Part shown: piece after piece, positions 55,201-64,000 of the stretch | How the letters are laid out: the number at the start of each line of letters is the position of its first letter | Position numbering within the stretch: position 1 is the first letter of the stretch | Source: Octopus vulgaris | Lineage: Eukaryota | NCBI GenBank assembly: GCA_951406725.2 | Contig: OX597827.1 | Location: 7,378,001 to 7,442,000 of the forward strand | Direction: 5' to 3' | Length of the DNA: 64,000 nucleotides | Notes under the pieces: model-generated | The model's input: the letters and a program-made list of their open reading frames with translations, nothing else | Told to the model about the DNA's origin: nothing | Databases searched by the model: none | Position numbers and translations under genes: made by a program

Positions 55201-58200
55201 GCTGGGAAGCAAACTTCATACCACACAGCTGTGCATACAATAATATTTGAGCAGTAAAGGAAAACAAAAAAAAAACAAAAAAAAATTTAGGAGACATTCT
55301 GTGGGATTGAGCCTGAAGCCATGGGGCTGGGAAGCAAACTTCATACCACACAGCTGTGCATACAACAATATTTGAGCAGTAAAGGAAAACAAAAAAAAAA
55401 AAAAAAAAAAAATTTAGGAGACATTCTGTGGGATTGAGCCTGAAGCCATGGGGCTGGGAAGCAAACTTCATACCACACAGCTGTGCATACAACAATATTT
55501 GAGCAGTAAAGGAAAACAAAAAAAAAAAAAAAAAAATTTAGGAGACATTCTGTGGGATTGAGCCTGAAGCCATGGGGCTGGAAGGCACAACTTCAGTACC
55601 ACACAACAGCTGTGCAACAAGGCAATATTTGAGCAGTAAAGGAAAACAAAAAAAAAAACAAAAAAAAAATTTAGGAGACATTCTGTGGGATTGAGCCTGA
55701 AGCCATGGGGCTGGGAAGCAAACTTCATACCACACAGCTGTGCATACAACAATATTTGAGCAGTAAAGGAAAACAAAAAAAAAAACAAAAAAAAAATTTA
55801 GGAGACATTCTGTGGGATTGAGCCTGAAGCCATGGGGCTGGGAAGCAAACTTCATACCACACAGCTGTGCATACAACAATATTTGAGCAGTAAAGGAAAA
55901 CAAAAAAAAAAAACAAAAAAAAAATTTAGGAGACATTCTGTGGGATTGAGCCTGAAGCCATGGGGCTGGGAAGCAAACTTCATACCACACAGCTGTGCAT
56001 ACAACAATATTTGAGCAGTAAAGGAAAACAAAAAAAAAAACAAAAAAAAATTTAGGAGACATTCTGTGGGATTGAGCCTGAAGCCATGGGGCTGGGAAGC
56101 AAACTTCATACCACACAGCTGTGCATACAACAATATTTGAGCAGTAAAGGAAAACAAAAAAAAAAACAAAAAAAAAATTTAGGAGACATTCTGTGGGATT
56201 GAGCCTGAAGCCATGGGGCTGGGAAGCAAACTTCATACCACACAGCTGTGCATACAACAATATTTGAGCAGTAAAGGAAAACAAAAAAAAAAACAAAAAA
56301 AAAATTTAGGAGACATTCTGTGGGATTGAGCCTGAAGCCATGGGGCTGGGAAGCAAACTTCATACCACACAGCTGTGCATACAACAATATTTGAGCAGTA
56401 AAGGAAAACAAAAAAAAAAACAAAAAAAAAATTTAGGAGACATTCTGTGGGATTGAGCCTGAAGCCATGGGGCTGGGAAGCAAACTTCATACCACACAGC
56501 TGTGCATACAACAATATTTGAGCAGTAAAGGAAAAAAAAAAAAAAAAAAAAAATTTTAGGAGACATTCTGTGGGATTGAGCCTGAAGCCATGGGGCTGGG
56601 AAGCAAACTTCATACCACACAGCTGTGCATACAACAATATTTGAGCAGTAAAGGAAAACAAAAAAAAAACAAAAAAAAAATTTAGGAGACATTCTGTGGG
56701 ATTGAGCCTGAAGCCATGGGGCTGGGAAGCAAACTTCATACCACACAGCTGTGCATACAACAATATTTGAGCAGTAAAGGAAAAAACAAAAAAAAAAAAA
56801 AAAAAAAATTTAGGAGACATTCTGTGGGATTGAGCCTGAAGCCATGGGGCTGGGAAGCAAACTTCATACCACACAGCTGTGCATACAACAATATTTGAGC
56901 AGTAAAGGAAAACAATAAAAAAAAAAAAAAAAAATTTTAGGAGACATTCTGTGGGATTGAACCTGAAGCCATGGGGCTGGGAAGCAAACTTCATACCACA
57001 CAGCTGTGTTTACAACAATATTTGAGCAGTAAAGGAAAACAAAAAAAAAAAAAAAAAAAATTTAGGAGACATTCTGTGGGATTGAGCCTGAAGCCATGTG
57101 GCTGGGAAGCAAACTTCATACCACACAGCTGTGCATACAACAATATTTGAGCAGTAAAGGAAAACAATAAAAAAAAAAAAAAAAAAAAATTTAGGAGACA
57201 TTCTGTGGGATTGAGCCTGAAGCCATGTGGCTGGGAAGCAAACTTCATACCACACAGCTGTGCATACAACAATATTTGAGCAGTAAAGGAAAAAAAAAAA
57301 AAAAAAAAAAAAATTTAGGAGACATTCTGTGGGATTGAGCCTGAAGCCATGGGCTGGGAAGCAAACTTCATACCACACAGCTGTGCATACAACAATATTT
57401 GAGCAGTAAAGGAAAACAAAAAAAAAAAAAAAAAAATTTTAGGAGACATTCTGTGGGATTGAACCTGAAGCCATGGGGCTGGGAAGCAAACTTCATACCA
57501 CACAGCTGTGTTTACAACAATATTTGAGCAGTAAAGGAAAACAATAAAAAAAAAAAAAAAAAAAATTTAGGAGACATTCTGTGGGATTGAGCCTGAAGCC
57601 ATGTGGCTGGGAAGCAAACTTCATACCACACAGCTGTGCATACAACAATATTTGAGCAGTAAAGGAAAACAATAAAAAAAAAAAAAAAAATTTAGGAGAC
57701 ATTCTGTGGGATTGAGCCTGAAGCCATGTGGCTGGGAAGCAAACTTCATACCACACAGCTGTGCATACAACAATATTTGAGCAGTAAAGGAAAAAAAAAA
57801 AAAAAAAAAAAATTTAGGAGACATTCTGTGGGATTGAGCCTGAAGCCATGTGGCTGGGAAGCAAACTTCATACCACACAGCTGTGCATACAACAATATTT
57901 GAGCAGTAAAGGAAAACAAAAAAAAAAAAAAAAAAAATTTTAGGAGACATTCTGTGGGATTGAACCTGAAGCCATGGGGCTGGGAAGCAAACTTCATACC
58001 ACACAGCTGTGTTTACAACAATATTTGAGCAGTAAAGGAAAACAATAAAAAAAAACAAAAAAATTTAGGAGACATTCTGTGGGATTGAGCCTGAAGCCAT
58101 GTGGCTGGGAAGCAAACTTCATACCACACAGCTGTGCATACAACAATATTTGAGCAGTAAAGGAAAACAATAAAAAAAAAAAAAAAAAATTTAGGAGACA

Positions 58201-60348
58201 TTCTGTGGGATTGAGCCTGAAGCCATGTGGCTGGGAAGCAAACTTCATACCACACAGCTGTGCATACAACAATATTTGAGCAGTAAAGGAAAACAATAAA
58301 AAAAAAAAAAAAATTTTAGGAGACATTCTGTGGGATTGAACCTGAAGCCATGGGGCTGGGAAGCAAACTTCATACCACACAGCTGTGTTTACAACAATAT
58401 TTGAGCAGTAAAGGAAAACAATAAAAAAAAAAAAAAAAAATTTTAGGAGACATTCTGTGGGATTGAACATGAAGCCATGGGGCTGGGAAGCAAACTTCAT
58501 ACCACACAGCTGTGTTTACAACAATATTTGAGCAGTAAAGGAAAACAATAAAAAAAACAAAAAAAAAATTTAGGAGACATTCTGTGGGATTGAGCCTGAA
58601 GCCATGTGGCTGGGAAGCAAACTTCATACCACACAGCTGTGCATACAACAATATTTGAGCAGTAAAGGAAAACAATAAAAAAAAAAAAAAAAAAAATTTA
58701 GGAGACATTCTGTGGGATTGAGCCTGAAGCCATGTGGCTGGGAAGCAAACTTCATACCACACAGCTGTGCATACAACAATATTTGAGCAGTAAAGGAAAA
58801 CAATAAAAAAAAAAAAAAAAATTTTAGGAGACATTCTGTGGGATTGAACCTGAAGCCATGGGGCTGGGAAGCAAACTTCATACCACACAGCTGTGTTTAC
58901 AACAATATTTGAGCAGTAAAGGAAAACAATAAAAAAAAAAAAAAAAATTTTAGGAGACATTCTGTGGGATTGAACATGAAGCCATGGGGCTGGGAAGCAA
59001 ACTTCATACCACACAGCTGTGTTTACAACAATATTTGAGCAGTAAAGGAAAACAATAAAAAAAAAAAAAAAAAATTTAGGAGACATTCTGTGGGATTGAG
59101 CCTGAAGCCATGTGGCTGGGAAGCAAACTTCATACCACACAGCTGTGCATACAACAATATTTGAGCAGTAAAGGAAAACAATAAAAAAAAAAAAAAAAAA
59201 ATTTTAGGAGACATTCTGTGGGATTGAACCTGAAGCCATGGGGCTGGGAAGCAAACTTCATACCACACAGCTGTGTTTACAACAATATTTGAGCAGTAAA
59301 GGAAAACAATAAAAAAAAAAAAAAAAAAATTTTAGGAGACATTCTGTGGGATTGAACATGAAGCCATGGGGCTGGGAAGCAAACTTCATACCACACAGCT
59401 GTGTTTACAACAATATTTGAGCAGTAAAGGAAAACAATAAAAAAAAACAAAAAAAAAATTTAGGAGACATTCTGTGGGATTGAGCCTGAAGCCATGTGGC
59501 TGGGAAGCAAACTTCATACCACACAGCTGTGCATACAACAATATTTGAGCAGTAAAGGAAAAAAAAAAAAAAAAAAAAAATTTTAGGAGACATTCTGTGG
59601 GATTGAACATGAAGCCATGGGGCTGGGAAGCAAACTTCATACCACACAGCTGTGCATACAACAATATTTGAGCAGTAAAGGAAAACAATAAAAAAAAAAA
59701 AAAAATTTTAGGAGACATTCTGTGGGATTGAACCTGAAGCCATGGGGCTGGGAAGCAAACTTCATACCACACAGCTGTGTTTACAACAATATTTGAGCAG
59801 TAAAGGAAAACAATAAAAAAAAAAAAAAATTTTAGGAGACATTCTGTGGGATTGAACATGAAGCCATGGGGCTGGGAAGCAAACTTCATACCACACAGCT
59901 GTGTTTACAACAATATTTGAGCAGTAAAGGAAAACAATAAAAAAAAAAAAAAAAAATTTAGGAGACATTCTGTGGGATTGAGCCTGAAGCCATGTGGCTG
60001 GGAAGCAAACTTCATACCACACAGCTGTGCATACAACAATATTTGAGCAGTAAAGGAAAACAATAAAAAAAAAAAAAATTTTAGGAGACATTCTGTGGGA
60101 TTGAACCTGAAGCCATGTGGCTGGGAAGCAAACTTCATACCACACAGCTGTGTTTACAACAATATTTGAGCAGTAAAGGAAAACAATAAAAAAAAAAAAA
60201 AAAATTTTAGGAGACATTCTGTGGGATTGAACATGAAGCCATGGGGCTGGGAAGCAAACTTCATACCACACAGCTGTGCATACAACAATATTTGAGCAGT
60301 AAAGGAAAACAAAATTAAAAAAAAAAACAAAAAAAAAAATTTGAGACA
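52194..60348 (-). repeat. Tandem satellite, 65 units of ~126 bp, derived from the tRNA-like head of a SINE plus its A-rich flank
   Basis: Unit TTAGGAGACATTCTGTGGGATTGA(G/A)CCTGAAGCCATG(G/T)GGCTGGGAAGCAAACTTCATACCACACAGCTGTGCATACAACAATATTTGAGCAGTAAAGGAAAAC-A-tract; 65 counted by eye. It is contiguous with the SINE body at ~52110-52193. Confidence 0.97.
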
Positions 60349-61045
60349 AGGTAGTTATGATTGCAATTCATTTCATAATATCTCTGTTCTATCGGGGTTG
60401 ACTAGTAACGACCAACAACAGTAGCAATAACAACAATAACAACAACATCTTCAATAAACTACCTGAACAACAAAGTTGGTTTATTGAAAATACAACTTTT
60501 AACTATACATAAAAAAAAAATTCAAAGCCAGATTCCAATAAAGATACTGTGTATATAAAGACAAGGAATTTACATCTGTCCATTACACAGATTGTCGGCT
60601 GGAATCTAAAAATCTCTGTAGCAGAGCAGAGCTAATATCTCTTTTTGTTTTTTTTCATGTCAGTTCTCTACAAAGCATTCACCTCGAATCTAGTGACCCA
60701 CAATTCTATCTAAGCAGACGTTTTGATTTCAGGTCTTTTTTATCTGTTATTTGTTTCAGTTTTTGGACTGAAGGGTTTTTTAAGTCAAACAAATTGACAT
60801 TAGTACTTATTCTTTTTTTTTTTTAATGTAATACTTATTCTGTTAGTCTCTATTACCAAACTGCGAAGTAACAAGGATGTAAACAAACCAGCACTGGTTG
60901 TCAAGCAATGGTGGCACACACACAAACACGCACACATGCATGTATATGTGTGTGTGTGTGTGTCTATATATAAATACACGAATACATGCACACATACACA
61001 TATATAAGTATATATATACATTATATATATATATATATATATATA

Positions 61046-61428
61046 CTAGCAGTATCACCCGGCGTTGCTCAGGTTTGTAAGGGAAATAACTATAAAGCAT
61101 TTTTAGAGAGTTATAGCCAAAAAATAGCAAAAAAATGGAAAAAAATGATGGTAAATTTTTTTTGAGAGTTAAAAAAGGTGGAGTTGCGTCCCCTAGACGG
61201 TCTGTGGTTTGGGTTTCTGATTCTCGACCCCATGTCGAATTTATCGATTTTTTTCAGAACTGGAGGAACTTTTAAAAATTTTCGCTGCGTTAGTTTTGAA
61301 TTATGACATTGGGCTATGTGTGTGTCAAGTTTCATCAGAATCGGTTGAAAGCCGTGGTCAGAGTGAGGGTACGAGAAAACAGACACACAGAAAACGCACA
61401 GACAAACTGCCGTTTATATATAGAGAGA
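61046..61428 (-). mobile_element. Non-autonomous Helitron (same family ends)
   Basis: Reverse complement starts A|TCTCTCTATATATAAACGGCAG and ends GCAACGCCGGGTGATACTGCTAG|T. Confidence 0.85.
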
Positions 61429-61443
61429 TATATATATATATAT

Positions 61444-61671
61444 ACTCTCTTTTACTCTCTTTTACTTGTTTCAGTCATTTGACTGTGGCCATGCTGGAGC
61501 ACCGCCTTTAGTCGAGCAAATCGACCCCGGGACTTATTCTTTGTAAGCCCAGTACTTATTCTATCGGTCGCTTTTGCCGAACCGCTAAGTGACGGGGACG
61601 TAAACACACCAGCATCGGTTGTCAAGCAATGCTAGGGGGACAAACACAGGCACACAAACACATACACACTA

Positions 61672-61704
<33 letters not shown>

Positions 61705-61868
61705 CATATATACGACAGGCTTCTTTCAGTTTCCGTCTACCAAATCCACTCACAAGGCATTGGTCGGCCCGGGGCTATAGCACTTGCCCAAGGTGCCACG
61801 CAGTGGGACTGAACCCAGAACCATGTTGTTGGTTAGCAAGCTACTTACCACACAGCCACTCCTGCGCC
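61444..61868 (-). mobile_element. Family-1 SINE, young
   Basis: Full copy ending CTCCTGCGCC. Confidence 0.93.
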
Positions 61869-62019
61869 TATATATATATATATATATGACAAATAAAAGA
61901 CAGAAGGTGGAATATACGAGAATATATTATTAATCACAGCAATTGTATTGACACATCCAGCATCGACTCCTCTTGTGGGACACGCAAAAACTGGTACCAT
62001 ATTGGCCAGATAATTGGAT

Positions 62020-62210
62020 GATATTGACAACACATCGCTGGTCACAATGCACTTCACATTGTTTTAGCCTTAGCATGATGTCAGCCCACTGGAAGGGTGA
62101 GCAGGCTAATATTCCCTCTGACTGGCAAACTATTCCATTGCAGGGTTACTCATTTACAGCTGAGTAAACTGGAGTGACGTGAAATGAAGTGTTTTGCTCA
62201 AGAATACATT
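62020..62210 (-). mobile_element. CORE-type SINE fragment (tail Z)
   Basis: The core is followed by AAAACAATGTGAAGTGCATTGTGACCAGCGATG, shared with 49530-49562. Confidence 0.7.
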
Positions 62211-62289
62211 GAGCAAATATATTGCATCAAGGGCAACTGTCATTTTCTGTAGCCTTGGGTTGATTCATAATTGGTGAGTAATTTATATA

Positions 62290-62432
62290 TGTGAGTGTGT
62301 GTGTGTATGTGTGTGTGTGCACATATACATACATACATATATACATACATACATACATACATACATCATACATACATACATACATCATACATACATACAT
62401 ACATACATACATACATACATTCATACATACAT

Positions 62433-62464
<32 letters not shown>

Positions 62465-63036
62465 CATACATTCATACATACATGCATACATACATACATA
62501 CATACATACATACATACATCATACATACATACATACATACATACATTCATACATACATGCATACATACATACATACATACATACATCATACATACATACA
62601 TACATACATACATACATACATACATACATACATACATACATACATACATACATACATACATACATACATACATACATACATACATACATACATACATACA
62701 TCATACATACATACATACATACATACATACATACATACATACATACATGCATACATACATACATACATACATACATACATACATACATACATACATACAT
62801 ACATACATACATACATACATACATACATACATACATACATACATGCATGCATACATACATACATCATACATACATACATATATACATACATACATCATAC
62901 ATACATACATACATACATACATGCATACATGCATACATACATACATCATACATACATACATACATACATACATACATACATACATACATACATGCATACA
63001 TGCATACATACATACATACAAACATCATACATACAA

Positions 63037-63071
<35 letters not shown>

Positions 63072-63729
63072 TGTGTATGTGTGTGTGTTTGTATGTATAT
63101 ATATTATATAAATTATATATGTTATATATATGTATATAGAATAAAAATGTATATATGCAAATATATATATATATGCATTTTTGTGGTGTGTGTATATATG
63201 TATATGTAAATATATATAGCAGTGATCTAAACAAATTCACAGATTCGATGATAAATAATTGATAAACACTGAAAAGAAAGAAGAGAAATGACAACAGCAA
63301 TTTATTAATTATTATTATGCTATAATTAGCATCATTATTTCCCACTTTCTCTTTCTCTTCCTTCTCCTCCTCCTCCTCATCATCATTACTATCATCATAA
63401 TCATTATCAACACCGTCGTCCTCATCTTCATCATCTACCCTCTTCATCTTAGGGCTATTATAAATAGTGATTACAGCGATAATAATTATCGCAATTTTCA
63501 CTTCTGATTCCTCTGCCGCTGCTGCTGCTGCTGCTGTTGCAATTATCATTACCACCACCTCCACCACCACCACCACCACTAGCTTCATCATCATCACCAC
63601 TATCACTACCATCACCATCATCATCATCATCATCATCATCATTACCACTATCACCACCATCACCATCATCATCATCATCATCATCAACATCATCATCATC
63701 ATCATCATCACCACTATCACCACCATCAC

Positions 63730-63786
<57 letters not shown>

Positions 63787-63801
63787 TAACACTATCACCA
63801 C

Positions 63802-63853
<52 letters not shown>

Positions 63854-63910
63854 GTTACCACTATCACCATCATCATCATCATCATTATCATCATCATCAT
63901 TAACAGCAGC
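62290..63910. repeat. (TACA)n and (CAT/CAC)n microsatellite blocks
   Basis: Directly visible. Confidence 0.95.
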
Positions 63911-64000
63911 AGCAGGAGCAGCAGCAGCAGTAGCTGCATGAAGCTCATAATCATGATTACCATTCCACAAAGACCACCAACACCAACACCAACATCACAA

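Noticed and set aside
54575-55630. Aberrant satellite units (54575-54660, 55540-55630) as evolved variants
   Set aside because: Scattered indels in isolated units look like long-read consensus errors.
52194-60348. CRISPR-like array, or a coding repeat (many ORFs with AQLCGMKFASQPHG / WYEVCFPAPW)
   Set aside because: The apparent spacers are only A-tracts of variable length, there are no cas genes, and the context is eukaryotic. ORFs shift frame with homopolymer length and derive from a SINE head.

Overview
AT-rich, microsatellite-saturated animal DNA, most likely Octopus (coleoid cephalopod), judging from the protocadherin type and the tRNA-derived SINE families. Only one convincing protein-coding sequence is present: a minus-strand exon (ATG 13546, phase-0 donor after 11177) encoding a signal peptide, 6 cadherin repeats, a TM helix and the start of a protocadherin cytoplasmic tail, with a probable non-coding first exon near 18.4-18.7 kb. 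Nearly all other listed ORFs are microsatellite or satellite artefacts. The rest is decayed and nested transposons: several modular tRNA-SINE families, R4/Dong, RTE and CR1 LINE ends, hAT and Tc1/mariner relics, two non-autonomous Helitrons, and a Penelope-type fragment with a minimal hammerhead motif. The most unusual structure is an ~8.15 kb array of 65 units of ~126 bp (52194-60348). Each unit is the tRNA-like A-box/B-box head of a SINE, now followed directly by an oligo-dT tract, so it has the layout of an ~80-nt Pol III gene. All alignments and counts were made by eye, and family names come from motif recognition, not database searches.
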